Below, in pieces: positions 47,152 to 56,793 of a stretch of DNA of 64,000 bases; within the stretch, counting starts at the first letter, position 1, and the number at the start of each line of letters is the position of its first letter. The position numbers and the translations under genes were made by a program. Source of the DNA: an uncultured Gammaproteobacteria bacterium (GTDB taxonomy: Bacteria > Pseudomonadota > Gammaproteobacteria > JASBUN01); NCBI GenBank assembly GCA_963849825.1, contig CAWKIK010000003.1, positions 179,700-243,699 of the forward strand. The letters are read 5' to 3'. The notes under the pieces were generated by a model. That model saw only the letters and a program-made list of their open reading frames with translations. It did not search any database and was not told the origin of the DNA.

Positions 47152-49518
47152 ATGGGTCTACTGGACAGCTATAAAGCCAACAAGGCGATCGCGGCGATTC
47201 TCGGTTCGGCCGGCCCGAACTCACCCGAGGCGCGTCAGGCGCTGCTGAAGCTCCGCCAAGTCGGACCTTCCGTGGTACCACGCCTATTGGACGCTATGGC
47301 AGTCTCCGCCCCCAACCCGGCGATCGAAAACCTATTGATCAGTTTCGTCGACGAACGCAGCCTGCCGCATTACGTGAACGCACTGCGAAGTGACGATGCG
47401 CGCCTCGTGGACAGCGTCGTCGGCGTCCTCAGCCACGCGGAGCGTCTGAACCCGGCGGCGTTGATCCCGTTGTATGAAGACCCCGACGTTTCAAAAAAAG
47501 CGCTTACCAGCATCCTGCTGGCCCACCGCAAGCATCTGCACCCGCGCCCCGTCCTGGGACTCCTGAACACGGTGCCCGCGAATTTGCGTCCGTTCCTGTA
47601 TCAGCTGCTGGACCAGACCGTTTCGCTGCAGGACATTCCGGATGTAGCGCTCAGGGCGAAAAGCGACGACCCGGGGATTCGAGCGCGAATGGCCAAGATT
47701 CTCGGCCGCTTCAGCACCGAGGCCAGCCGCGACACCTTGTTCGAGATGCTGCAGGACCCGGCGAAGCAAGTCCGGCTGACGGCACTGGAGTCGTTGATGG
47801 AATTGCAACTGCCGGTGTCTGCGAAACCGGTCTTTGCGCTGCTGCGTGATTCCGATCTGACCGTGCAAACCAAAGCAATCGAGGCGCTGATCAAGATTCG
47901 CGACGCCAAGACCGTGCAATATTTGATCGAAAGCCTGCAGGACGAGTCCGAATATATCCGCCGCGCCGCGGTCGAAGTCCTCAACGAAGTCGGCGATCAG
48001 CGCGCGGTCAAGGATCTACTCAACGCTTTGCGGGACAAGGATTGGTGGGTGAAAGTCCGGGCCGCGGATGCATTGGGCAGCATCGGCGGCCCCAAGGTAC
48101 TGGACGCCGTATTGCAATTGATCCGCGATGAAGACGAGTTTCTGCGCCGCACAGCTGTGGAGATCCTGAATTCCTCCCGACACGAAAAGGCCTTCGATTA
48201 CCTCGTCGAAGCGCTTCAGGACGAGGATTGGTGGGTACGTGAACGGGCCGCCGACGCCTTGGCGGCATTGGGCAAGGAACGCGCCGTGCCACACCTGGAG
48301 CGCTTGCTGTCCGGCGACCCGCGCACGGCTCGGGTCGCGATCCGGGCCCTCGCGAGCCTGGGCGATCATCATGCGGTGGCGCCATTGCTGGCGGAATTGA
48401 AAAACAACGCCGACCCCGACGTGCGCAAGGAAGCAATACGCGCCCTGGGACAGCTGACCGATGCCAAACAAGCGCACACCGTGCGCGAGGCGCTGACGCA
48501 GGTCATCGATGCTTCGGACCCTCGCATCCAACAACTCGCGCACGAAACCATGGCGACCATCGCAATGCGCTTGGACGATGGCACCACCAGCAGCAGCGGC
48601 ATTACCCAGGCAACGCCGGGGGCCATGCTCGACCTTGCCTCGCGTGAGGCCAAGCGCGACCTGTACATCGATGCACCCTCGTTACGAGACGGCGATTTGC
48701 TTGCGGACCGTTACCGGGTGGTGCGCCAGGTCGGAAGCGGCGGCTTCGGGGTCGTAGTCCTGGTCGAAGACACTGTGGTCAGTGACCAGTTCATACTCAA
48801 ATTTCTGCATCCCCACGTTTATTCCGACGCCAACGTGATTCGCCGCTTCACCCAGGAACTGCGCTACGCTCGCAAAATCACACATCCCAACGTGATCCGC
48901 ATTTATGATCTGATCACCGTCGGACAATCGTATGCCATTTCCATGGAATACTTTCCGAGCCATTCCCTGGCAGACGAAATGGCGCCGAAGAAAGCGATGG
49001 ATTTGCGCCGTGGGCTGACTGTAGCGGCCGCGGTAGCCGACGGCATGGCGGCAGCGCAGCACGCGGGCGTCGTGCATCGCGATCTGAAGCCCGCCAACAT
49101 TTTGATCGACGACCGCGACCTGGTCAAAGTGGTGGACTTCGGCTTGGCCTCAGCCACCAGCCAGAATGACGCGCGTCTGACGCGCACGGGCTTGTTGGTC
49201 GGCACACCCACTTACATGGCGCCGGAACAAGCGCGCGGTCACGGCATCGACTCCCGCACCGACGTTTACAGCCTTGGCGTGATGATGTACGAAATGTTTT
49301 CCGGCCGCCCGCCGTACACCGGCGATGATCCGATGGCGATTTTGTTTCAACACGTGGAGGGCAACGCGGCCCCGCTGCAGGAACGAAATCCGGATGTTCC
49401 AGATCGGCTCGCGCGCGTGATTGCCAAAGCCATGGCTGCAGATCCCGAGCGCCGCTACCAGGACTTCGACGAACTCACGGCAGAATTGGCGATGTGCCGG
49501 CGGGAGATGCAGGTTTGA
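47152..49518 (+). CDS. Ser/Thr protein kinase with N-terminal array of HEAT (PBS-lyase-type) repeats and C-terminal Hanks-type kinase domain
   Basis: ~12-15 HEAT-like repeats (e.g. DEDWWVRERAADALAALG, DKDWWVKVRAADALGSIG). Kinase subdomains VAVK-like (FILKFL), HRDLKPANILID, DFGLA, GTPTYMAPEQ. The domain order is inverted relative to most bacterial STPKs. Confidence 0.85.
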   Translation: MGLLDSYKANKAIAAILGSAGPNSPEARQALLKLRQVGPSVVPRLLDAMAVSAPNPAIENLLISFVDERSLPHYVNALRSDDARLVDSVVGVLSHAERLNPAALIPLYEDPDVSKKALTSILLAHRKHLHPRPVLGLLNTVPANLRPFLYQLLDQTVSLQDIPDVALRAKSDDPGIRARMAKILGRFSTEASRDTLFEMLQDPAKQVRLTALESLMELQLPVSAKPVFALLRDSDLTVQTKAIEALIKIRDAKTVQYLIESLQDESEYIRRAAVEVLNEVGDQRAVKDLLNALRDKDWWVKVRAADALGSIGGPKVLDAVLQLIRDEDEFLRRTAVEILNSSRHEKAFDYLVEALQDEDWWVRERAADALAALGKERAVPHLERLLSGDPRTARVAIRALASLGDHHAVAPLLAELKNNADPDVRKEAIRALGQLTDAKQAHTVREALTQVIDASDPRIQQLAHETMATIAMRLDDGTTSSSGITQATPGAMLDLASREAKRDLYIDAPSLRDGDLLADRYRVVRQVGSGGFGVVVLVEDTVVSDQFILKFLHPHVYSDANVIRRFTQELRYARKITHPNVIRIYDLITVGQSYAISMEYFPSHSLADEMAPKKAMDLRRGLTVAAAVADGMAAAQHAGVVHRDLKPANILIDDRDLVKVVDFGLASATSQNDARLTRTGLLVGTPTYMAPEQARGHGIDSRTDVYSLGVMMYEMFSGRPPYTGDDPMAILFQHVEGNAAPLQERNPDVPDRLARVIAKAMAADPERRYQDFDELTAELAMCRREMQV

Positions 49519-50612
49519 GTCGCATCAACGCATTCTTGAAACTTGGACGCGAGCAAGGCTGCTCCGATATCCATTTCGCCGTCGGCATGCCGCCGATGCT
49601 GCGACTGATGGGCGAATTGGCGCCCATCCGCTACCGCAACTTGTCCGCCGACGAACTCGAGTCGCTGATCAAGGAGCTTCTCACGCCGGCGCTCACGCAG
49701 ATGCTGGCAGCGGGTCACGACCTGGATTTTTCCTATCAAGACGAAGAAATCGGCCGCTTCCGGGTCAACGTTTACCGCAAAGTGAGCGGCCTGGGCGCGA
49801 CATTGCGCGCCATACCGGCGACGATCCCAGGCCTGGACCAACTCGGGCTGCCGAGCGCCGTCACCAGCCGCCTGCACCAGGCGCACCAGGGTTTGATTCT
49901 GGTCACGGGGGCTACGGGCACTGGCAAATCGACAACCCTGGCATCGATGATCGACCTGCTCAACCATTTCCGCCGCCTCAACATCATCACCCTGGAAGAT
50001 CCGATCGAATTCGTGCACAAGAGCAATCTGTCCCTGGTTGTGCAACGGGAAGTGGGCACACATGTCAAAAGTTTTGCCGACGGCCTTCGCGCGGCGCTGC
50101 GCGAGGACCCGGACGTGATCCTGGTGGGGGAATTGCGGGATCCGGAAACCATTTCCATGGCCATGACAGCGGCCGAAACGGGCCACCTGGTGCTCGGTAC
50201 GCTCCACACCTCCTCCGCTGCTAAGACTTTGGACCGCATCATCGACGCCATGCCGACCGAACAGAAATCCCAGGCCGCCGTATTTCTCGGCCAACATCTG
50301 CAAATGGTCCTGAGTCAGAAACTGGTACGCACCGCGGACGGCAAAGGCCGCAAAGCCATGGTCGAACTCATGTTCAATACGCCTGCAATCGCCAACCTGA
50401 TCCACAGCGGCAAGGTGCATCAGATCCCATCGGTTATCCAAACCGGGCGTCAAGCGGGCATGCAGCTCATGGATCAGGCCTTGCTGGAGGCGTTACGCAA
50501 GCGCGAACTGGACCCGGATGACGCCTATTTGCATTCCACGGACAAGAAACAGTTTCAGCGTTTCGTCACCAACCCCGAGCTGTTGCCGCCGGTCGACCTC
50601 ACGGTCGGCTGA
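49494..50612 (+). CDS. pilT: PilT-family type IV pilus retraction ATPase (paralog 1)
   Basis: Walker A GATGTGKSTTL, ASP box, Walker B DVILVGELRD, His box, PilT-specific TLHTSSA and AIANLIHSGK motifs. Start is either ATG 49494 (25-nt overlap) or TTG 49515, forming a TTGA start/stop overlap with the kinase gene. Confidence 0.85.
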   Translation: MPAGDAGLSRINAFLKLGREQGCSDIHFAVGMPPMLRLMGELAPIRYRNLSADELESLIKELLTPALTQMLAAGHDLDFSYQDEEIGRFRVNVYRKVSGLGATLRAIPATIPGLDQLGLPSAVTSRLHQAHQGLILVTGATGTGKSTTLASMIDLLNHFRRLNIITLEDPIEFVHKSNLSLVVQREVGTHVKSFADGLRAALREDPDVILVGELRDPETISMAMTAAETGHLVLGTLHTSSAAKTLDRIIDAMPTEQKSQAAVFLGQHLQMVLSQKLVRTADGKGRKAMVELMFNTPAIANLIHSGKVHQIPSVIQTGRQAGMQLMDQALLEALRKRELDPDDAYLHSTDKKQFQRFVTNPELLPPVDLTVG

Positions 50613-50632
50613 GTCCTGACCCTGCGCCCATC

Positions 50633-51709
50633 ATGAGCCGAATCGACACTTTTCTGGAACTGGTAGTCAAGCAAGGGGGCTCGGACCTGCATTTGGTTTC
50701 CGGCAATCCGCCGCGGATGCGCTTGTTCGGCGACATCTATCCGGTTCGCTTCCGCACGCTGAGCGCCGAAGATACCAAGGACCTGCTGTACGAAATCATG
50801 CCGCCGCGGGCACGGGAACTGCTCGAAGCCGACGGCAATATCGATTTCGCGTACATGGTGCCGGACCTGGCCCGGTTCCGTGTAAACGTATTCCATCATA
50901 TCGACGGTATCGGCGCCGTTTTCCGCGTCATCCAGGGCGACGTGCGCACCCTCGAGCAACTCGGATTGCCGCCGGTGCTGGCAAACCTGGCGCGCCAACG
51001 CAAAGGGCTGCTGCTGGTGACGGGGCCTACCGGTTCCGGTAAGACGACCACCCTGGCCGCGCTCATCGATCGGATCAACCGGGAGCGCAGGGGACATATC
51101 CTGACCATCGAGGACCCGATCGAGTACGTCCACCTCAATCAGGGGTGCCTCGTAAGTCAGCGCGAAGTAGGCGCGCATACGGAAAGCTTCGCAGACGCCC
51201 TGCGCTCGGCACTGCGCGAGGATCCGGATGTCATTCTGGTGGGCGAAATGCGCGATCTCGAAACCATTCATCTGGCGGTTACCGCAGCGGAAATGGGTAT
51301 CCTGGTGTTGGGCACCCTGCACACCAACAATGCGGTGAGCACCGTCGACCGGATCATCAACGCGTTCCCGCCCGGAGAAGCGCCCTATATCCGCTCGGCG
51401 CTGTCCACGTCCCTGTGCGGGGTCGTTTCGCAACAACTCCTGCGCACCGCGGACGGCAAGTCCCGGGTGGCCGCCGTGGAAATCCTGATCAATAACGCAG
51501 CGGTGGCGAATATCATCCGCGAAGGCACGCCGGATCAGCTGGAGAACGTAATCCAAAGCGGCGCCATGCAGGGAATGCAGAGCCTCGACACGGCCCTGCG
51601 GCGCCTGCTGGACAACAAGCTGATCAACGGAATCGACGCCTTCCGACTGGCCCGGCAGAAATCCCATTTCGAGCAGTACCGTGAGCACGGCGGTGTAAAC
51701 CCCGTCTGA
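50633..51709 (+). CDS. PilT/PilU-family type IV pilus retraction ATPase (paralog 2)
   Basis: Walker A GPTGSGKTTTL, Walker B DVILVGEMRD, TLHTNNAVSTVDRI and AVANIIREG motifs. 358 aa. Confidence 0.85.
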   Translation: MSRIDTFLELVVKQGGSDLHLVSGNPPRMRLFGDIYPVRFRTLSAEDTKDLLYEIMPPRARELLEADGNIDFAYMVPDLARFRVNVFHHIDGIGAVFRVIQGDVRTLEQLGLPPVLANLARQRKGLLLVTGPTGSGKTTTLAALIDRINRERRGHILTIEDPIEYVHLNQGCLVSQREVGAHTESFADALRSALREDPDVILVGEMRDLETIHLAVTAAEMGILVLGTLHTNNAVSTVDRIINAFPPGEAPYIRSALSTSLCGVVSQQLLRTADGKSRVAAVEILINNAAVANIIREGTPDQLENVIQSGAMQGMQSLDTALRRLLDNKLINGIDAFRLARQKSHFEQYREHGGVNPV

Positions 51710-51828
51710 ACTGCCGGTGGCTGCGTCGGCCGTGACAAGACGGTCGCGGCGCAGTATAAGATACTTATTTTCGTATGGCTTTTGACGCGGACCGAACCAA
51801 ACCCGCGGCGGCGTGAACGGGGGAGGCG

Positions 51829-52500
51829 ATGGCGGCAAAATTGATCATGACGTTGGACGGCGCAATCGTGCGCGAGGTTCCGGTGGCCACAGACAGCATC
51901 AGTGTCGGGCGCAAGCACGGCAATGATGTCCAAATCAACGACATGACGGTCAGTGGCCGCCATGCCCTGGTAACCACCTTGGTCGGCAATACGTACGTCG
52001 AAGATCTGGGCAGCACCAACGGCACTCTGGTCAACGGCCGCAAGGTGCGCAAGCTGCTGCTGAATCACGGTGACGTGATTCAAGTGGGCACCCATCAATT
52101 GACCTACTTCCTCGAGGAAAAGGCGGCCTATGAACCGACCATGTTTCTGCGGGCGGAGGTAGCGGAAACCCAGGTTTTCGCCACAGACGGTGACTTCGGC
52201 GCGGATATCAAAGGGATGCCGTTGGCGGGTGTGCGCATCTTGAACGGGCCGCTGGCGAAGAAAGTGCTCGAGCTGCGCAAGCCGTTCACTACCCTGGGCT
52301 ACAAAGGCATCAAAATGGCCATGATCACCCGCAGCAACATGGGCTACGTGATCATCACGGTCAAAAGCAGCAAGGGAAAGCGCGCCAGCGACGTACCGTT
52401 GGTAAACGGCAAGCCGCTGGATCAGGACGCGCGCCAGTTACAGGAACACGATATTATCGAAGTGGCTGGCTTTCAGATGGAATTCTTCTACATCCATTGA
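51829..52500 (+). CDS. FHA-domain protein (phospho-threonine-binding) with ~100-aa C-terminal domain of unknown function
   Basis: N-terminal FHA: SISVGRKHGNDVQINDMTVSGRHALV...TNGTLVNGRKV (GR...SxxH...NGT signature). Confidence 0.8.
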   Translation: MAAKLIMTLDGAIVREVPVATDSISVGRKHGNDVQINDMTVSGRHALVTTLVGNTYVEDLGSTNGTLVNGRKVRKLLLNHGDVIQVGTHQLTYFLEEKAAYEPTMFLRAEVAETQVFATDGDFGADIKGMPLAGVRILNGPLAKKVLELRKPFTTLGYKGIKMAMITRSNMGYVIITVKSSKGKRASDVPLVNGKPLDQDARQLQEHDIIEVAGFQMEFFYIH

Positions 52501-52709
52501 TTCGCGGCATGGCCGGTGCGCGTCCGGCTCACAATCCGCGGGCGCACCATGGCCGCCAATTCGCGCCGCGCATGATCCCGGGACGAGTAAGGACCGCGCA
52601 CACCTTCGCGGCACTCCACGTACCAACCCGGCTGGCTCACGCCCGGCCCGCCGACCCAGAAAAACCGACTTCTGCGGAACGCATCGCCGCTCCAACTCTG
52701 CCTGTTCAT
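52488..52709 (-). CDS. Small conserved-looking hypothetical protein (~73 aa), not in the ORF track at this start
   Basis: ATG 52709 preceded by a GGAG SD. High GC3. Sequence MNRQSWSGDAFRRSRFFWVGGPGVSQPGWYVECREGVRGPYSSRDHARREL resembles short Pseudomonas-type proteins with an RSERFF...GWY...REG..GPF.SR.EAE pattern (DUF6316-like, from memory). 3' end overlaps the convergent FHA gene by 13 nt. Confidence 0.35.
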   Translation of the reverse strand: MNRQSWSGDAFRRSRFFWVGGPGVSQPGWYVECREGVRGPYSSRDHARRELAAMVRPRIVSRTRTGHAANQWM

Positions 52710-52812
52710 TCGCCGCTCCCGGTTACCGTTACTGAAAGATAAGCCCAGCCTAGTAAACCGCGAACGCGCCGCCAGTCGCGCCGTGCGCGCGAGCCCAGGG
52801 TATGTCGGAGTT

Positions 52813-54900
52813 TCACTGGGGCACTTGCGAGCCAAACCCGGCCTTGGACATCAACGGCGTGCGTTCGGGCAGTTCCAGGGTAGCGGCGCCCCCGGTCACG
52901 AGCCGGCGCCGCAAGGGCGAATCGGTTACCGGCCATTCGCCCTTGCTCACATTGACTGTGCCCGGTCCGGCGAAGGCCAGGTAGCCGAAGCGGCTGTAGT
53001 GCGGCAGCTTGCGGGCCAGCGCCGCGACGGCATCCGCCGAGGTGGCGTCGATCCAACCGTAGGTCGCCGAACCCGCCGCCGCGGGTGTAGCCAAGACCAC
53101 GCTGTGATCGCCATGGGTCAGAATCCGCCCGTCGATGCGCACCGTGTCGCCATCCACCTGCAACGGTAAATGACCCGCGTTTGCAAATACGCGCGAGCGC
53201 AGCCGGTTGTCGCGTCCAAGTACCCAGATCGCATCGGCGCCATCCAACGCGCCGACTCGATCATCGTCGACGACAATGCGGTCTTCGGGGCGCGCCCAAG
53301 TCTGCGCCAGGCGGCGGTAAGCCGTGCGCATCTGCGCCGATGCCGCGCTTGGAAGCACAAAGACTGATCGTGTCGCGCCCATCAGACGCCCCAGGGATGG
53401 CGGCAATTCACCTCGATCCAGCCGCCGGAATACGTCGAAGTCGGGATCAACCGCCAATTGCTGCGGTCTGCTATTGAAGCGAAGCTCGAAGGTCTGCTCG
53501 CGACGATCCATGGAAACAGTGCGCAACTGCGCCACCTGGCGTCCTTCCACTTGCACTGCGACCGGGATCTTCAAGCCGTACACGGCGCCGGATTGACGCT
53601 GTCGTAATGTCAGGCGCAGCCCATAACCGACGTCGCGGCGCCGGACCTCCACCTCTCCCAGCGCCAACGCAGGCGCGCCGCTGCGTTGCAGCCACTGCCC
53701 GAAGAAAGCGCCCAGTTTCTGGCCGCTGGTGCGCTCGAATACGGTTTCCAGAGCGTCGAAGCCGGCCCGCTGAAACCGATACTGCCGATAGAAGTCCCGC
53801 AATCCGGCGACGAATTGCGCATCGCCAAGCCGGCGCCGCAACATGTGGAACAACATCATACCTTTGCTGTAACCAATGGCCTGGCTTGCTTCACCGTGCC
53901 GGGCGCGGAATCGCCGTAGCGGAAAATCATCGTTGTCGGCGACGAAATCCGCGAATTTCTGCAACGCGGCGCGCCGTTGCGCCGCGCCGCGACCGTCCTG
54001 CTCGGCAAGCAGATAGTCGGACAGATAGGTGGTCAACGCTTCCGCCCAATTACCGGCGTCGTAATCCACCCACACGCCATTGCCCCACCAATTGTGCAAA
54101 ATTTCGTGGGGATAAGAGGTATGCACGATAAACGGCAGGCGAATTACCCGTGACCCGAGCAACGTGAACGACGGCATGCCGTAGCCGGTTTGTTGCGCAT
54201 TCTCGACCAGCGCAAATTTCGGATACGGATAGGGGCCGATCAAATCGCTGTACATGGCCACGTAACGCGCCGTGGCGTCGAGATAGCGCTGCGCCATGGC
54301 ATCGTCCGCGGTACGCAGAAACACTTCGCTGCGCCCCCACGGGTTATCACGCCGGTAGCGCACGAAAGCCGCGGCGATCAGATAAATGCCTTGTTGAGGC
54401 GTATCGGCGGTCCACGTCTCCTCGCCCGGTCGATCGCCGGCCCGTCCCTGGCTGACACAGTGCCAGCGCGCGGGAAGCCGCATATGAAGCGAGAAACGCA
54501 CTGGCATACCGGAGAAATCCGCATACCACGACGACTCTGGTCCCAATACGACGTTGTCGGCCGACAGATCGGCCCCCCGGCCCTGGGAGAGCCGACCACC
54601 ATAGGACAAAGTGAAGCTTCGCACCCCTTCCGGCAATGCCACGCGGTAGGTCCGTACGCCGCTGGCCGGATCGCTGTCAGCGGTTTCGCGCAGCTCATAT
54701 TCCGCAACCCGCGCCTGCAAGCCTGCGTCGAGCGTAAACTGCGGGCCGTTGCCGGCCGGTAGCGTCACTTGGTCCTGGACCGACAAGCTGCCCGCAGCGG
54801 GGTCGAACTCCACCGCCATAACATGGTGAACCACTTGCGCGGTGGCGACGTTTGCCAAGGCGCACAGCACGGCGAGCAAAGCAATCCGCATCGAGTCCAT
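52813..54900 (-). CDS. Secreted M1-family zinc metallopeptidase (aminopeptidase N-like)
   Basis: Signal peptide; HEILHNWWGN HExxH-x18-E zinc motif (NWAEALTTY) analogous to the M1 HEIAHQWFGN...WLNEG. Confidence 0.75.
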   Translation of the reverse strand: MDSMRIALLAVLCALANVATAQVVHHVMAVEFDPAAGSLSVQDQVTLPAGNGPQFTLDAGLQARVAEYELRETADSDPASGVRTYRVALPEGVRSFTLSYGGRLSQGRGADLSADNVVLGPESSWYADFSGMPVRFSLHMRLPARWHCVSQGRAGDRPGEETWTADTPQQGIYLIAAAFVRYRRDNPWGRSEVFLRTADDAMAQRYLDATARYVAMYSDLIGPYPYPKFALVENAQQTGYGMPSFTLLGSRVIRLPFIVHTSYPHEILHNWWGNGVWVDYDAGNWAEALTTYLSDYLLAEQDGRGAAQRRAALQKFADFVADNDDFPLRRFRARHGEASQAIGYSKGMMLFHMLRRRLGDAQFVAGLRDFYRQYRFQRAGFDALETVFERTSGQKLGAFFGQWLQRSGAPALALGEVEVRRRDVGYGLRLTLRQRQSGAVYGLKIPVAVQVEGRQVAQLRTVSMDRREQTFELRFNSRPQQLAVDPDFDVFRRLDRGELPPSLGRLMGATRSVFVLPSAASAQMRTAYRRLAQTWARPEDRIVVDDDRVGALDGADAIWVLGRDNRLRSRVFANAGHLPLQVDGDTVRIDGRILTHGDHSVVLATPAAAGSATYGWIDATSADAVAALARKLPHYSRFGYLAFAGPGTVNVSKGEWPVTDSPLRRRLVTGGAATLELPERTPLMSKAGFGSQVPQ

Positions 54901-54961
54901 ATGGGTGCGCTCCCCTGTTCAGTGTCGATTCCGCTGCCTGCTATCGACTAACCTTGAGGTC

Positions 54962-56119
54962 ATGAATCTTCCCAACCGAAGCTGTGCACGACTGGTTTTC
55001 GCCGTGTTGCTCGGTGTCAGTCGGGTCTCGACTGCTGCTCCGACAGGTGCGGAGGCGGCAGCTGCGATGGGCGCCACTCCGGCGCTGAATCTCGACGACA
55101 CTGGCTCGGTCGACAGTATCATCGATCGGTTAGCTGAAAAACGGGTCGTGTACGTGGGCGAAATCCACACTCGCTACGATCACCATCTCATCCAACTTCA
55201 CATCATCCAGGCGCTGGCCGCGCGCGGCGGACCGTTCGCGATAGGTGTCGAGTGGTTCCAGCAGCCGTTCCAGAATGTTGTCGACCAATACATTGCCGGC
55301 GATATCGGCGAGCAGGAACTGCTGAGAAAAAGCGAATACTTCAATCGCTGGAAGTATGATTTCCGTCTCTACGCTCCAATCCTGCGGTATGCCCGGGCGC
55401 ATCGAATCCCGGTAATCGCCTTGAACCTGCCCACAGAGATCACGCGCGCGGTCAGTGAACGAGGCTTGGATGCGCTGCCACCAAAGCTCCGAAAATGGCT
55501 GCCGCGCACGTTGGATCGATCCAATGCCCGCTACGAAGCGCGTCTACGGGAAATTTATGCAGCTCACCCGCAATCCGAAAGCGGCGACTTCGCGCGCTTT
55601 TATAGTGTTCAGTTACTCTGGGACGAAGGTATGGCGCAGCGGGCTGCAGAATATCTTCGCGCACACCCCGGCACCCGGATGGTGATTTTGGCCGGCAGCG
55701 GCCACCTTGCCTACGGGGACGGCATTCCCGCGCGTTTGCACCGGGAGACAGGCGCCACGTCGGCCATCATACTGAGCCAGTGGCAGGCGCAATTGAGCCC
55801 CGATGCTGCAGATTACCTGTTGCTACCGCAGCCGCAACAGTTGCCACCCGCCGGAATGCTCGGCGTGACCCTAGAAATGATGCGCGGCGGCGGCGTCCGG
55901 TTGCGCGACGTGGGCGAGGCCGGCGCCGCGGCCCGGGCTGGGGCCCGGGACGGAGACCGCTTGCTCGCCATCGATGGCGAACCGGTCGCGGATTTGGCCG
56001 ATGTTCGAACCGTCATGTGGGAAAAAATGCCGGGCGACCATGTCACCGTGACCGTGCGGCGGGCCTCGGGCGATGCCGGGCGTCGCACGCGGAAAACGCT
56101 ACACGCCACCTTGCAATAG
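54962..56119 (+). CDS. ChaN-family (Tiki/TraB superfamily, haem-binding-uptake-like) protein with C-terminal PDZ domain
   Basis: Start at ATG 54962 (signal peptide MNLPNRSCARLVFAVLLGV). VVYVGEIHTRYDHHLIQLHIIQAL ChaN motif; C-terminal PDZ-like GVTLEMMRGGGVRLRDV...GDRLLAIDGEPV. Confidence 0.65.
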   Translation: MNLPNRSCARLVFAVLLGVSRVSTAAPTGAEAAAAMGATPALNLDDTGSVDSIIDRLAEKRVVYVGEIHTRYDHHLIQLHIIQALAARGGPFAIGVEWFQQPFQNVVDQYIAGDIGEQELLRKSEYFNRWKYDFRLYAPILRYARAHRIPVIALNLPTEITRAVSERGLDALPPKLRKWLPRTLDRSNARYEARLREIYAAHPQSESGDFARFYSVQLLWDEGMAQRAAEYLRAHPGTRMVILAGSGHLAYGDGIPARLHRETGATSAIILSQWQAQLSPDAADYLLLPQPQQLPPAGMLGVTLEMMRGGGVRLRDVGEAGAAARAGARDGDRLLAIDGEPVADLADVRTVMWEKMPGDHVTVTVRRASGDAGRRTRKTLHATLQ

Positions 56120-56163
56120 ATCTCTTCTACCCACAACGAACCCCCCTGGGTTCGCTTGTCAGG

Positions 56164-56739
56164 TCAGGGTGCGACCACCGCTTGCACCAATTGTCGCGCG
56201 ACGTCGTGGTAGGTTGCCGCCAACACCGGCATCTCGCGCTCGGTACCGTAGCGCGCTTCGGCCAGTGCGACTCCATCTGGAAAGCGGGTGAATTGCAATG
56301 CGGCGCGTTTCACCTTGAAACCGGGTACGCCGCGGGCCTGGTCGACAAGGGTTTCGCCGTCGTCCAACAGCGCAACCGAACCGGTAACCAGCACCTCGGC
56401 GCCCATGGCCTTGGCCAATTCCGCGAGTTTCGCGCGGTCGCGCATTGGATCGAAAGTTTGCTGCGACAGGTCGTGCGCCTTGAGTACCGAATCGATCTTT
56501 TTGCGAGTCACCACCGCTGCGCCACGATCCAGCAATTCGAAGCTCACCCGATCGGCCATCACAGCACCGTGCGGGCCATCGAAAGGTAGTACTGCGACGC
56601 CATTCAACTCGCTGGCACGGATAGCACCGCTGCTTTCGACTTTGCCGATCATTTCCTTGACGTTGGTGCATGCGCCAATCTGCAGTGCCAACACTACTAA
56701 GCCTGAAATCAAACTCAGGTGAACATGTTTGCGCTTCAT
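56164..56739 (-). CDS. Lipoprotein with CsgG/LpoB/FlgP-like fold
   Basis: Lipobox LQIGAC; VAVLPFDGPHG...DRVSFELLDRGAAVVTRKKIDSVLKAHDLSQ...LAKAMGAEVLVTGSV pattern typical of the CsgG/LpoB-type periplasmic lipoproteins. Confidence 0.5.
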   Translation of the reverse strand: MKRKHVHLSLISGLVVLALQIGACTNVKEMIGKVESSGAIRASELNGVAVLPFDGPHGAVMADRVSFELLDRGAAVVTRKKIDSVLKAHDLSQQTFDPMRDRAKLAELAKAMGAEVLVTGSVALLDDGETLVDQARGVPGFKVKRAALQFTRFPDGVALAEARYGTEREMPVLAATYHDVARQLVQAVVAP

Positions 56740-56793
56740 GGGGTCCTTTCTCGTTGCTTTGCTTATGCGTCTGAGTCAACCAACCGGTCAATA

